Positions 1 through 10,956 of a stretch of 64,000 nt of DNA are shown piece after piece. Numbering within the stretch: position 1 is the stretch's first letter; every line of letters begins with the position of its first letter. Location of the stretch: assembly GCA_963832645.1 (NCBI GenBank), contig CAWHUU010000003.1, forward strand, positions 2,615 to 66,614, written 5' to 3'. The DNA is from an uncultured Acidobacteriaceae bacterium (GTDB lineage: Bacteria > Acidobacteriota > Terriglobia > Terriglobales > Acidobacteriaceae). Made by a program: the position numbers and the translations under genes. The notes under the pieces were generated by a model. That model worked only from the letters and a program-made list of their open reading frames with translations. It was not told where the DNA came from and ran no database searches.

Positions 1-620
1 AGGTTCACGCCATGCCCCCACCCGCCCGTACCACCAAATGTCACCCCCACTCCCCCAAGGTGATTCAGCATTTCGGTGAACTGCGCCTCGTTCATCTTGC
101 CGTACACGCTCGACCACGACGTGTAGATCAGCGGGCAGCTTAGTGTAATCGTCTGGTTGTCCTGGGTTCCCAGCGTGTACCCGCCCGAGCGGCACCACCA
201 GCGATGATACTCGTTGTTAAAGTCGTCGTTCGCATGTTCAAGGAAAAGGTGGAAACTCGCGGGCCCTGACTCCCCCTTCTCCACATTCGCGCTGTACACA
301 GGCTCATTCGAGGCTACGCGAAAGGTCATCGTGAGCACCTCCCCGGTCAGGTCCTTCGTCGCCTTGATGGGAACCACCACATAGTGCACGGAACCGGGTA
401 CGGTGGGCATGTCAAATTGCCAACCTGACATTGTTGCTGTTGGATGCGACGGCATCCTCTCCCCATATAGGATGTTCCAGTTGGCGGCGACCATATCGAC
501 CGTGTTAGGCAAAGGCTCCACGGAAGACGAAGGAGCAGCCACGCCTCCGCAGCCCGTCATTCCAAGCAACATAATTCCTGCCAAAATAAGAGTTATTAAG
601 CCTTCAATCGCCGATCTCAT
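1..620 (-). CDS. Putative lipoprotein of unknown function (3' end runs off the window)
   Basis: Hand translation from ATG at 620: MRSAIEGLITLILAGIMLLGMTGCGGVAAP... stays open to position 1 (>200 aa). Hydrophobic signal with lipobox MTG-C. Not in the ORF track because no stop lies in the window. Confidence 0.75.
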   Translation of the reverse strand, partial: MRSAIEGLITLILAGIMLLGMTGCGGVAAPSSSVEPLPNTVDMVAANWNILYGERMPSHPTATMSGWQFDMPTVPGSVHYVVVPIKATKDLTGEVLTMTFRVASNEPVYSANVEKGESGPASFHLFLEHANDDFNNEYHRWWCRSGGYTLGTQDNQTITLSCPLIYTSWSSVYGKMNEAQFTEMLNHLGGVGVTFGGTGGWGHGVN

Positions 621-1639
621 CAAAGCCCTCTCTCCAGTGCGCAGTTCGAAACAAAGTTTTCGGCTACAAATACGGCACTTATGCGTGAGTTACATGAAGT
701 GTTGAGCTTCTGCAATAAAGAAGCGGCGAGAGCTAGTGACGGATGAAAAGTAGCTACTGATTGAGTCTTTGCTTCCCAATCCCAGGCGGTGCCACGATTA
801 GCGGAGGCGACCACCAGCTCAGAATTGAGTCTGTTCGGAGTGCATACTGAGGGCTCTGCAAATTGTGCCCCGGTGGCGACTTCCGCGCGCCGGGTTTCCA
901 TCACGAAGATCAGGTGCAGATCAGAGTTGCTCATCATAGGTCGCGTCGCCGCTTCGAAAATGACTGGAAGCTCGGCTCCTCGGCCGCCCAAATGTTGTTG
1001 CGCACCGAGTAATTGTTCTCATCCGTCGCACGGCTAGCAACATTTGCCAACTTGCGCCTTGAGGTTGACTTGGAGTCAAGTGACACAATTCGCTCTAGAG
1101 ACGACCGCTGATGAAGACAAGCACACATAAGTAACTGCTCGCTAAGTCACTTTTCGGGTCATTGGTAGCATCAATCGTATCGATGAGATTAAGGAGTTTC
1201 AATGCCACTTTTGTTTCATCCAATTATGTGATGAGAATCACAGCGGAAATCCTTTCTCCGGTGTACTCCCCTTGCAGAGTCGGTACCCGTGAGCGCCGAG
1301 GGCACGCGCCGTAGATATCTCGAATGCGCTGCGAGTGCTCTTCGATGTTGTCGCTGTCGGAGTCGGGTTTAGTGCCCCGATCGGGGAAGGGATCGTGAAC
1401 TATCACGAGTTCGAGGTCGGGGAGCCACGGCTGACATGTTGTGGGAGGTTCGAGAATTGAAATTCAGATATGAGATATACAGTTAGTTATGCAACTAAAG
1501 GTAGGTGTGGACGAGAATTGATTCAATATCTATCCGAATCACATCACATGAGGTTCTTCCTCCCCCACTTCGGAAGCGCTGCAAGTGAAGTTGCGCCAAC
1601 TGAGTACATGGCGTTGATATCTGTGTTAGAGGGCCCGGT

Positions 1640-1824
1640 GGTGTGACACCTGATTGCTGGAGAAGATCGCAATTTCCATTGCGGTGGGTGATACTTGAAG
1701 CATGGCTGATCCTCTCTCCTCTGAATGTGGTCCTGTCTCGGAACCCACTTCAGAGTAACTGGGGATCAGCCTCCTCAAACATTTCTCGGGGCAAACAGAT
1801 ATCCGCTATTTTTGGACAGTAGTG
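1640..1824 (-). mobile_element. Probable IS left-end remnant (IS4/IS701-like terminus with RBS-sequestering hairpin)
   Basis: Minus strand starts CACTACTGTCCAAAAATAGCGGAT at 1824. A long imperfect hairpin (1704-1771) covers GAGGAGAGAGG and ends next to an ATG at 1703 whose ORF stops after about 25 codons. Confidence 0.4.
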
Positions 1825-2392
1825 ATCCGTAGCCGAGGATCAATGTGCTGTCCTGATTACGGTAGTCATACACTGCCTGCGCTTCCGCAGAAGTAGGTAG
1901 GACGGAGGGAGAAGCGGCCGTCGTCAGCAACCTATCCGAGATATTCGAAGGCGTGTCGATGTGGTTCTGAAATGGCGCTTCGACTCGACTTGATTTCCTG
2001 CTCGCCTTAGATGAGTTGATGAGTTACGTTAGAAACCCGGTGCTCTGTTGTCTCGATGGCGCACGGAAGAAGCGAGCCAATCCCCGACCGTTCCCGCTAC
2101 GGTGGAGACGAAATGGATCAGGTTCTGCAGGCCGTGCCGCCGACGCATATGCGGTGCATTGTACCGACCGAATCTTCCCGCTAGCCTCTCAAACAGATGG
2201 GATTTCATAGGAAAATGACTTGAGAACGCGGCTCTCGAACTCTTGAATCGTCAACTAGATCGCAAGCCCATGAGGTTTTGGCGCAACACAGGTGGTTGGA
2301 AATTGTGATCGCCGAAGCTTCCTGACGAAACATATTCGAGCAACAAGAACACAGAGCGGCAGGTCGGGTGGACGGTCGTTTTGCAAGGGAGC

Positions 2393-3099
2393 TTACTCTC
2401 CGGAAACGTGGCTAAGGGCTGCATCGCGCTGCGCCAACTCCGGAGCAGGCTGCAGCGAGTCTGCGGGTTCCCGAATGACGGTCATCGACTTGGTGATGCC
2501 CAGAAATTTCTCCCGCACCATTACGCAGTCGGGAAACAATTGCTGGAATTCGGAAATGGTCAGAATCTTCAGCGATGCATGATATTCAGCGGCCTCGCTC
2601 CGATTGGGCCGGTAGATCAAACCCCAAGCGGTGAGGTATCGGATAACAGGGTAGTAACCCAGCAGGCGCGGAAACCAGTGAATGAACAGGCACATGTAAT
2701 GAACTTCGAAAGGAAACCAGCGGTTTGGCGACTGGCAATAGACTGCCTTGCCCACCCGTCGCAATTCCCGCGCGAAGAGAACCTGGTTCTCCCGGGTCCC
2801 AAGGTGTTCGATAGTCGAATTCGAGTACGCCAGCTGGAACGCCCCGTTTGGATAAGGCAGATTCATGCCGCTTCCCACTCTTGCTTTGATTCCGGGATTC
2901 TTGGGTTCTTCGTCAAAAGACAGGTTGACCAGCGTGATATCCCGGGCGCTCTCGCCCCAGAACAAGGGCGTTCCGCCCACATCGATCACGCTCTGATAAA
3001 AAGCTTCGGGGAATCACGTTCAAAGACACGCTGGCGTTTGATGCGAAAGCGCGGCCCGATGGTATGGTAAAGGCGACTAAAGGCTCGTTGGAAGATCAT
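2393..3099 (-). pseudogene. Class I SAM-dependent methyltransferase, frameshifted
   Basis: N-terminus MIFQRAFSRLYHTIGPRFRIKRQRVFERD (ATG 3099) is one base out of frame with VIDVGGTP...YSNSTIEHLG...PNRWFPFEVH. Adding one base in 2996-3013 joins the two parts. Confidence 0.7.
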
Positions 3100-3124
3100 C
3101 GTTAGCCGCCCCGCAGGAAACTCT

Positions 3125-3799
3125 ACCGTGGCGGTAGTACTCGAATCCCTGACGTTCGGCACACCCCGGCGTGAGAGGCAGCACCGGGTCAAGGCGATCC
3201 AATGCCTGAATTGCAGTTTTTTCATCCTCGCAGAACACCGCTGCATGACGGGGTGGGTTGAGGTAAAGCCCGATGATATCGGCGGCTTTGGATTCAAAGT
3301 CCGGGTCATCGCTGGCCATGTAGCGTTCCAGCCGATGCGGCTTCAGCCCAGCCTCTCTCCAGGTCCGATGGGCGGTGTCTTTGCTCACTCCCAGGGCCGC
3401 AGCCAGCTTGCGGCAGCTCCAGTGCGTCGCCCCATCGCCGGGCTTCTTACGCGTTGTCGACAGAATCTTGGCCCGCAAGGCAGGCGTCAGCACGCTGGCC
3501 GACTGGCCCAGATGATGGGTATCCAGACCATCCATCCCCAACCGCAGGAAGCGCGTCTTCCAGCGGATGATGGTTGGTGCCGCAGTTCGAAGTTGCTTCT
3601 GGATCATGCTGAAAGTGACACCTTCGGCCAGAATCAAAATCAACCGCGCACGAAACACATATCCGGCGGGCAGAGAACGATACTGAGCAATGCTGCTCAG
3701 TTCCTTGCTCTGCTCTTCGCTCAGCATCACTTCGGTAGTCAGAACGACTACTTAGATGATAACTGCGCCACTAACGTTTACTCGGCGACAGGCCACTAG
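3125..3799 (-). mobile_element. Truncated IS630-family element (transposase ORF 3077..3730)
   Basis: HTH region, THWSCRKLAAALGVS, DDPDFESKAADIIGLYLNPP, FCEDEKTAIQALDR and FEYYRHG motifs. Homology breaks after YYRHG, so the later catalytic D and E are lost. CTAG-flanked terminus at 3796-3799. Confidence 0.88.
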
Positions 3800-3822
3800 T
3801 CGCCTGCAAACATCACGCGATG

Positions 3823-3845
3823 AGAGGCCCTCTTGAAGGGCCTCT
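3823..3845. terminator. Stem-loop downstream of fucP
   Basis: AGAGGCCC-tcttgaa-GGGCCTCT, about 20 nt past the fucP stop; weak U-tail in the fucP direction. Confidence 0.45.
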
Positions 3846-3866
3846 GTTTGCTTTCGAATGTGCTGT

Positions 3867-5195
3867 CTAATTCGCACTCTCCGCTGTTTTGGGTTCGGGA
3901 ACGAGCCAGCCATAGAGGCCGACCCCGGCGAAGCAGACGACAGGTACCAGATATGCGACCTGTATCCCGCTCTTGTCTGCCAGAATGCCCATCACCTTGG
4001 TGAGTGCGGCGCCGCCCAGGATTGCCATGACCAGTAAGGAGCCAGCGGTCTTGGTTTTTTCTCCCATGCCTTTGAGGCCCAACGCAAAGATGGTTGGAAA
4101 CATGATCGACATAAAGAGGCTGGTGGTAAGCAGGCAAATGGAACCGAACCATCCATGGCTGGCGACAGCGGCGATTCCAAGAGCAACGTTGATGAATGAG
4201 TAGACCACGAGCATGGTTTGCGCGCGGAAATGGCGCATGAGCCATGCGGAGCTGAAGCGGCCCACGGCAAACGCCGCGAGCGTTCCGGTAAGCATGTAGC
4301 CTGCGGCCTTATCGCCTATGCCGGTGGCAGATTCGACATAGGGGATGAAGTAACTCCACGTGCCGACTTGGGCGCCTACATAGAGAAATTGTGCAACCAC
4401 GGCAAAAGCAAAGTGCGGCTGCAGCAGGCTGGCATGCTCTGTGCCGGCAGTTGCCTCCGATGAAGGCTCCTCGCCGCCAAGTACGGGGAACTTCGTCATC
4501 AGTACCAGAAAAGCCCAAATGAAAGCTACGGTACCGAGCACCATATACGGCGCGACGACGCGCAACGTTTCAGTGTGCAGGTAACCCTGATAGGTTCCGG
4601 CGGCCTGCATGGCGGAAACCTGGGAGGAACTCAGTTCAATGCCCGAGAAGATGAAGACCGTTCCGATCAGTCCGGCCGTGATAGAGCCAAGCGGATTGAA
4701 GGCTTGCGAAAGGTTCAATCGCCGTTCGCTTGAACCAGCCGGGCCAAGTTGCGCGATAAAGGAGTTCGAGCCAGTTTCAAGAAACGATAAACCACTGGCG
4801 ATCACGAATTGCGCGACAAGAAAGAAGGTGTAGAGCCCTGCCTGAGCAGCAGGATAAAACATCCAACATCCCGTACCCAGCAAGCAGAGGCCCGTGACAA
4901 TGCCCATTTTGTAGCCGAAGCGGCGCATCAACTGTGCTGCCGGTATGGCGAGAGTAAAGTAGCCGAGATAGAACCAAATCTGGATGGATGCGGCGTTGGA
5001 CCGATTAATGTCGAACGACTTCATGAACTGCCGGATGAGAATATCGTTCAGGTTGTTTGGAATGGCCCAAAGGAAGAAGAGTACTGTAACGACGACAAAC
5101 GGCAGCATCCTACCTTGAGGAATCAACCGGGCGTGAATATCCTCGTTGTTCGATGACGCGGAATCGGCGGAAGCGGCTGGTACCTGAAATGCCAA
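3867..5195 (-). CDS. fucP: L-fucose:H+ symporter-family MFS permease
   Basis: LFFLWAIPNNLNDILI, FLETGSN, RRLNLSQAFNPLGS, QFLYVGAQV, SIMFPTIF motifs; about 12 TM helices; TTG start with AGGAGG RBS. Confidence 0.88.
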   Translation of the reverse strand: MAFQVPAASADSASSNNEDIHARLIPQGRMLPFVVVTVLFFLWAIPNNLNDILIRQFMKSFDINRSNAASIQIWFYLGYFTLAIPAAQLMRRFGYKMGIVTGLCLLGTGCWMFYPAAQAGLYTFFLVAQFVIASGLSFLETGSNSFIAQLGPAGSSERRLNLSQAFNPLGSITAGLIGTVFIFSGIELSSSQVSAMQAAGTYQGYLHTETLRVVAPYMVLGTVAFIWAFLVLMTKFPVLGGEEPSSEATAGTEHASLLQPHFAFAVVAQFLYVGAQVGTWSYFIPYVESATGIGDKAAGYMLTGTLAAFAVGRFSSAWLMRHFRAQTMLVVYSFINVALGIAAVASHGWFGSICLLTTSLFMSIMFPTIFALGLKGMGEKTKTAGSLLVMAILGGAALTKVMGILADKSGIQVAYLVPVVCFAGVGLYGWLVPEPKTAESAN

Positions 5196-5229
5196 CTAAC
5201 CCTCCTTGCGATGCGGAAACACGGGTTTT

Positions 5230-5243
5230 CGAAAGCGTTTTCG
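5230..5243. promoter_or_regulatory. LacI-family operator-like palindrome upstream of fucP
   Basis: CGAAAGCGTTTTCG matches the AAnCGnTT-type core typical of LacI/GalR operators, about 35 nt upstream of the start codon. Confidence 0.55.
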
Positions 5244-5342
5244 TTCAGGGCGCTTTTGGGCCTGGAAGAACGCTCCACCCTTTGTATCAATCGCTGCTAG
5301 ATAAGGCAAATTAAAGGAAGTTACCGGCTGATTGCAGCGAAG

Positions 5343-8297
5343 CTAAAGGACGCGCGCGAGCCACTTGCCGGTGTGGGAGTGCAGGTTGCCGGCGACTTGC
5401 TCCGGCGTGCCTTCAACCACGATGTGGCCTCCGCCTTCGCCGCCTTCGGGGCCGAGATCGATGATCCAGTCGGCGCTCTTGATGATGTCGAGGTTGTGCT
5501 CGATGACGATGAGGGAACCGCCGCCATCGATCAACTTACGGAAAGCTGTGAGAAGCTTTGAAACGTCGTCGAAGTGCAGGCCGGTGGTTGGCTCGTCGAG
5601 GATGTAAAGCACGCGGCTGGCCTGCGAGGGTTTGGCGTTGGCGTTGGCGGCGCGAACCTGTGCGAGATGCGCGGCGAGCTTGACGCGCTGCGCTTCACCG
5701 CCGGAGAGTGTGGTAGCCGATTGGCCAAGGCGCAGGTAGCCGAGTCCGATTTCGTCGAGGACGGAGAGCTTTTCAAGCAGCCGGGTGTGGCCGGCGAAGA
5801 AACGCAGCGCTTCCTTCACGGTGAGCTGCAGGACGTCGTGGATGCTTTTGCCTTTGTACTTTACTTCGAGGATGCGCGGCTGGTAGCGCGTGCCGTTGCA
5901 GTCTTCGCAGGGCAGTTCGACGTCGGCGAGGAATTGCATTTCTACGGTGACGGTGCCATCGCCCTCGCAGGTGTTGCAGCGGCCGCCGGGGACATTGAAC
6001 GAGAAGTGACCCGGCGTGAGCGAGCTGCGCTTGGCTTCGGGTTGCGAGGCGAACAGCTCGCGGACGAGGTCGAAGCCTTTGATGTAGGTGATGGGATTGG
6101 AGCGCGGGGTGCGGCCAATGGGGGTTTGGTCGACAAGCACGACGTCGTTGAGGCGCTCGACGCCGGAGAGCGAGGTGAAGGTGCCGGAGGGATCTGCGCC
6201 GTCGGCCTGACCGAGTGCACGCGCCACGGCGCGGTAGAGGACTTGATGAACGAGCGTGGATTTGCCGGAGCCGGAGACACCGGTGATGGCTACTAGCAGT
6301 CCCAGCGGAATTTCGACATCGAGGCCGTGGAGGTTGTTGGCGTGAGCACCACGCAGGACAAGCTTTTCTCTTCCCGGTGCGCGGCGGCGAGTGGGAACGG
6401 GAATAGAAATTTTGCCTGAGAGATAACGGCCGGTGATGGAGTTTGGATTGGCTTCGATTTCGGCGAGGACACCTTCGGCCATGAGCTTGCCGCCGAACTC
6501 TCCAGCGCCGGGGCCGAGGTCGAGCAGGTAGTCGGCGGCGCGGAGGATGTCGGCGTCGTGCTCGACGACGATGATGGTGTTGCCGAGGTCGCGCAGCGCT
6601 TCGAGGATGTGGATGAGGCGCGCGGTGTCGCGCGTATGCAAGCCGATGGATGGCTCGTCGAGAACGTAGAGAGAGCCAACGAGGTGCGAACCGAGCGATG
6701 TGGCCAACTGAATGCGCTGGGCCTCGCCGCCGGAGAGCGTTGAGGCGAGACGATCGAGGGTGAGATATTCAAGGCCGACCGCGTCGAGGAAGCTGAGGCG
6801 ATGGCGCACCTCGGTCAGGATGGGGCCGGCAATCTCTTCCTGCATCTGCGTGAGTTTGAGCGCGTCAAAGAACTCCCGGGCCTGGGAGATGGTGAGAGCG
6901 GCGGCCTGGCAGATGTTTTTGCCGTTGAGGCGGACGGAGCGGGCTTCGGCGCGAAGGCGCTGGCCGCGGCAGTCGGGGCACTCAGCGTAGCCGCGGTACT
7001 TGCTGAGCATGACGCGCACGTGGAGCTTGTACTTCTTCTTTTCCATCTGCGCGAAGAATCCGAAGACACCGGCGTAGCTGCCTTTGCCGCGTAAGATGAC
7101 TTCGCGGGTCTGCTCGGGGAGTTCGCGCCAAGGCACGTCGAGGGGGATGCCGAGATCGGGGGCCTGCTTGCGCAGGTCGGTGTACCAGGGCCGGTACTTG
7201 GGCCGGTTCCAGGGATCGATTGCGCCCTGGGAGAGGCTGAGAGTCTTATCGGGAATGACCAGGTTCAGGTCGAAATCGACAGTATTGCCGAAGCCCTGAC
7301 AGCGCGGGCAAGCACCGAAGGGATTGTTGAAGCTGAAGAGGCGCGGCTCGGGCTCGGTGGCGGGACGATGGCAACTGGTGCACTCGTAGGCTCCGGAGAA
7401 ACGCAGCCTGCGACGCTCGGCGCTCTCTTCCCGCGGAGCCTCTTCAAAGATGACTTCGCCGGATTCGCGATAGGCGATTTCTACTGCATCGACGATGCGG
7501 GGGCGGGCTTCGGAGTTTACTACGATTCTGTCGAGGAGCACGAAGACGGGCAGCGTGAAGTCTAGATCGAGGAGCGATTCGGGCGTGGAGAACTCGACGA
7601 TCTTGCCCTGCTGCCAAAGGCGATTGAAGCCACCGGTGCGTAGCTCAGTGAGCCGGGCCTTGAGCGTTTCGGTGTGTGGAGAGTCGGCACTGCCGGTTGC
7701 GGGCTTGGCCTTGGAGGCGGATTTTGCGGTGCGGCCTGTGGACTTGGTCGGCTTTGGTGCGGCAGGCTCGGGCGCGGGCGTTGCAGTCTGAACGGGAAAG
7801 AGGACGTTCAGGCGAGTTCCCTCACCCAGCGCCTGAATGACGTCTGCGGCTTCGTCTACTGAATCGCGCTTGACCAGCCCATCGCAATGAATGCAGTGGA
7901 CGGTTCCACAACGTGCGTAGAGCAAGCGCATGTAGTCGTAGATTTCGGTGGCGGTGGCGACGGTGGAGCGCGGATTGCGGGTAGTGTTCTTTTGCTTGAT
8001 GGCGATGGCCGGGGCGAGGCCATCGATCTCGTCCACGTCGGGCTTTTCAATCCGCTCAAGGAACTGACGCGCGTAGGCGGAGAGCGACTCGACATACCGG
8101 CGCTGTCCTTCGGCGTAGATGGTGTCGAAGGCGAGCGAACTCTTGCCCGAACCGGAGACTCCGCTGACGACGGTGAGCTTGCCGTGCGGGATCTCGCAGG
8201 AGATGTTTTTCAGGTTGTGAGTCCGCGCGTTGCGGATGATGATGCTGTCGTTCAAAGGGAGTGCACCGGCAAGGAGAAGTCTGCCGGCAGCATCCAT
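5343..8297 (-). CDS. uvrA: Excinuclease ABC subunit A (start may be TTG at 8255)
   Basis: ARTHNLKNI, two GVSGSGKS Walker A motifs, two LSGGEAQR signatures, CPRC/CPDC/CNTC/CEDC zinc fingers, DEPTTGLH. Confidence 0.95.
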   Translation of the reverse strand: MDAAGRLLLAGALPLNDSIIIRNARTHNLKNISCEIPHGKLTVVSGVSGSGKSSLAFDTIYAEGQRRYVESLSAYARQFLERIEKPDVDEIDGLAPAIAIKQKNTTRNPRSTVATATEIYDYMRLLYARCGTVHCIHCDGLVKRDSVDEAADVIQALGEGTRLNVLFPVQTATPAPEPAAPKPTKSTGRTAKSASKAKPATGSADSPHTETLKARLTELRTGGFNRLWQQGKIVEFSTPESLLDLDFTLPVFVLLDRIVVNSEARPRIVDAVEIAYRESGEVIFEEAPREESAERRRLRFSGAYECTSCHRPATEPEPRLFSFNNPFGACPRCQGFGNTVDFDLNLVIPDKTLSLSQGAIDPWNRPKYRPWYTDLRKQAPDLGIPLDVPWRELPEQTREVILRGKGSYAGVFGFFAQMEKKKYKLHVRVMLSKYRGYAECPDCRGQRLRAEARSVRLNGKNICQAAALTISQAREFFDALKLTQMQEEIAGPILTEVRHRLSFLDAVGLEYLTLDRLASTLSGGEAQRIQLATSLGSHLVGSLYVLDEPSIGLHTRDTARLIHILEALRDLGNTIIVVEHDADILRAADYLLDLGPGAGEFGGKLMAEGVLAEIEANPNSITGRYLSGKISIPVPTRRRAPGREKLVLRGAHANNLHGLDVEIPLGLLVAITGVSGSGKSTLVHQVLYRAVARALGQADGADPSGTFTSLSGVERLNDVVLVDQTPIGRTPRSNPITYIKGFDLVRELFASQPEAKRSSLTPGHFSFNVPGGRCNTCEGDGTVTVEMQFLADVELPCEDCNGTRYQPRILEVKYKGKSIHDVLQLTVKEALRFFAGHTRLLEKLSVLDEIGLGYLRLGQSATTLSGGEAQRVKLAAHLAQVRAANANAKPSQASRVLYILDEPTTGLHFDDVSKLLTAFRKLIDGGGSLIVIEHNLDIIKSADWIIDLGPEGGEGGGHIVVEGTPEQVAGNLHSHTGKWLARVL

Positions 8298-8625
8298 GAG
8301 GCCTCAGAGAGGTTCAGAGCGCAACCAGCCATTCTTTATTATAGGGCGCTTGATTGGATGGTATTGGCGGTGGATTTCTGGACGAGATGGGTCCGGTACC
8401 GTTGCAAGCAGGGGCAATCACCTTCGATATCGCATGAAGTGGGTTGGGGGCAAGCGCCTCACGGCTCGCCCACGCGGTCTTCTGTGGCGATGTGTTTGCT
8501 GACGATTTGATAGAATGCCCGCGAGACATCGCGATAGGCCTGCAGGCCATAGCAATGCTGCCGTTCGTGCTGGAGGATCTTCGATCCGCCCCAGACAACG
8601 GCGAACGAATGGAGGAGGCGTCGGT

Positions 8626-10035
8626 ATGCGGTTTATCTTGGCTTTGCTTGCTTTCGGAATGGCCTCTGCACTGCAGGCAAGCGTGCCCTCTGGATCGATC
8701 GATGATTTCATCACGACCGAGATGCCGATCTCTGGAGCACCGGGCCTCGCCTACGCGGTCATCGAAGACGGCAGGATTCATTCAGACGCACGTGGCGAGA
8801 TGCTGATCGGAAGCGGCAGGAAGGTAACGCCAGATACTCCGTTCCTAATTGGCTCAATCTCGAAGAGCTTCACAGCAATGGCCGTATTGCAACTGGTGGA
8901 GGCGGGCAAGGTCGATCTGGATACCGGGATTTCGCGCTATCTTGATGTGTTCTCAGGCCGCCCGTCCGGCGCAATCACAATCCGCCAACTACTGAGCCAC
9001 ACAAGCGGCTATTCAACGCTACAGGGCAACCAATCCCCGACTGACCCGAGCCAAGACAAGGACGCGCTAGCGCACCAAGTGAAACGGATTGCGCAATGGG
9101 CTCCTGCCTACGAACCTGGAACCAAATGGGAGTACTCAAACGCAAACTACCAAATACTCGGCGCCCTCATCGAGGCTGTGAGCGGCCGGGAATATGCGAG
9201 CTACATCGAGACAGAGATTCTTGAACCTATCGGCATGGAGCACAGCTTCGTCGCCGACGGAAAAAGCCATGACGCGATGGCAACAGGGCATCGACCCTGG
9301 TTCGGCACGAGGCTCCCTATCGAAGGGAGCATGACCGATCGTGCAACTGCTCCGCAAGGCGGCGTCATAGCAAGCGCCCGTGATCTGGCTCGATATCTGG
9401 GGATCGTGATGAATGGCGAGGATGACATCATCAGCGCAAGGGCAAAGGCCGCCATGCTGCACCCAGCCAGCGCGGCGTCGCCATTCTATGGCTTCGGATG
9501 GTTCGTCGATGACGAAAAAGGAACCGTGTTCCACACCGGCTCCAGCCCCGGAATCGAAACGCTCGCGACCATGATTCCGGCAGAGAAGAAAGGAGTTGTC
9601 GTCCTGGTCAACGCGGGGAGCGGAATCGGGTTTGGCGAGACCACGGAACTCCGGAACGGCATCAGCGCCAGAGCACTCGGCTTGGATTACGCTGGCGAAG
9701 GGAGCCGCTGGCAACAAAAGGCGGTGTTTGTCGGATTAGCTCTCCTGCCCCTTACGTTCTTATTCAGCATGATCTGGGCATGGTTTCATCGCGATGCGCT
9801 GCGCGCTAAATCCGGTCCATTCGGCTTGTTCAGCCTGTGGTTTCCCCTGCTCACGACGCTCGCGATCGCCGGGACCTTCTTTTACCTTATCCCGCAGCTC
9901 TTTGGCGTATCGTTAGGGACTTTGCGTCTTTTTCAACCTGATCTGGTGCTGACGATGGTCGCGACCGCAACGACTGGAGTGATATGGGCGGTGTTCAGGC
10001 TTGGCGTGGCCTACAGCGGGGCCAATAGGGCTTAG
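8626..10035 (+). CDS. Serine hydrolase, class C beta-lactamase/PBP-like, with signal peptide and C-terminal TM helices
   Basis: GSISKSF (SxxK), LLSHTSG, YSNANY, HTG motifs; GGAGG RBS before ATG 8626. Confidence 0.85.
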   Translation: MRFILALLAFGMASALQASVPSGSIDDFITTEMPISGAPGLAYAVIEDGRIHSDARGEMLIGSGRKVTPDTPFLIGSISKSFTAMAVLQLVEAGKVDLDTGISRYLDVFSGRPSGAITIRQLLSHTSGYSTLQGNQSPTDPSQDKDALAHQVKRIAQWAPAYEPGTKWEYSNANYQILGALIEAVSGREYASYIETEILEPIGMEHSFVADGKSHDAMATGHRPWFGTRLPIEGSMTDRATAPQGGVIASARDLARYLGIVMNGEDDIISARAKAAMLHPASAASPFYGFGWFVDDEKGTVFHTGSSPGIETLATMIPAEKKGVVVLVNAGSGIGFGETTELRNGISARALGLDYAGEGSRWQQKAVFVGLALLPLTFLFSMIWAWFHRDALRAKSGPFGLFSLWFPLLTTLAIAGTFFYLIPQLFGVSLGTLRLFQPDLVLTMVATATTGVIWAVFRLGVAYSGANRA

Positions 10036-10350
10036 TCAGCAGCCGCCGCTTTCATGTTCCCGCTGAGCAACGCCCTACGTCTCAGATTGGGCGCTTATCT
10101 CCGCTAATGCGCTCATTGACTGGGATAACTGCTGAAGGTGGGCGGCCGGCATCGCTCACATTATTTAGGGAAGAAAGCGCCACTTGCTGCTTTCTTATTC
10201 AACAGCGCAGGGCGTAGATGACCCGCTGACCTTCACGCCGACTTACAGATTTTCACATGAGGATTTTGAACGGATCTATTTGAGCAGATTCTTTGCGCGC
10301 GAGGGCTGCTTGGAGCTGCGGTCCGGTAAGTGCGGCCGTGACGCGGAGCT

Positions 10351-10548
10351 TCAGGCAGCCAATGCTGGAACTTCTGCGAACTCCAGCGCCAGTTGAACGT
10401 CGCCTTCGCGGTTGAGGATTCCGGAGAGGCCCAGGAGGGCTGTTGACGCGCAGGCTGGACATTGGTTTGCGCAGTTACCTACGCAACTGCAGTCCTGGCA
10501 GAGATACGCTGAGGTCAATGGGATGTGCTGCAATTTGGATATCGTCAT
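10351..10548 (-). CDS. Small Cys-rich (zinc-ribbon-like) hypothetical protein, 65 aa
   Basis: MTISKLQHIPLTSAYLCQDCSCVGNCANQCPACAS...; CxxC pairs; G-rich RBS-like sequence before ATG 10548. Confidence 0.65.
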   Translation of the reverse strand: MTISKLQHIPLTSAYLCQDCSCVGNCANQCPACASTALLGLSGILNREGDVQLALEFAEVPALAA

Positions 10549-10956
10549 GCTGGTACCCCACCCGTGATTTTTCGGGATGCGAAAGAGGCTTTGGCGATGC
10601 GCCGGTGACTGCGAATCGACCTGCGTACACCTCTCCCGGGTTGGATGGATGCGACTGTTTTGAGCGTGGTCGTTTTCATATCTGGGGAAGATCACCGATC
10701 GCACATTGCGATCATGAGTAAACGTAGCGCGTCATAGAGATAGTGCGCGATTCCGGAAAAGCGTTACAGGGAGATGGCGCTTGAGGCACCTGGAGTGGTT
10801 ACCTTGCAGTGAAGGTTCAATTACCTTCGCCGGGCCGACTGAGTGCAATCAAGGGCTTAAGGTAGGGGATGCCGGGGTGCTTGCCTGCGCGTCCAATGTT
10901 TGGGGAGTTCAGAGGTCCGGGAACTCTGGCCGGTAAACTAGTAATTGAGGTAATTT

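Noticed and set aside
620-2390. Short ORFs in the gene-poor stretch (620..991, 789..1037, 1224..1406, 2016..2210)
   Set aside because: No recognisable motifs, RBS or codon bias; treated as decayed or non-coding DNA.
8626-10035. Serine hydrolase as an antibiotic-resistance beta-lactamase
   Set aside because: SxxK-family motifs alone do not show beta-lactamase activity; the C-terminal TM helices fit a generic membrane-anchored peptidase or esterase.
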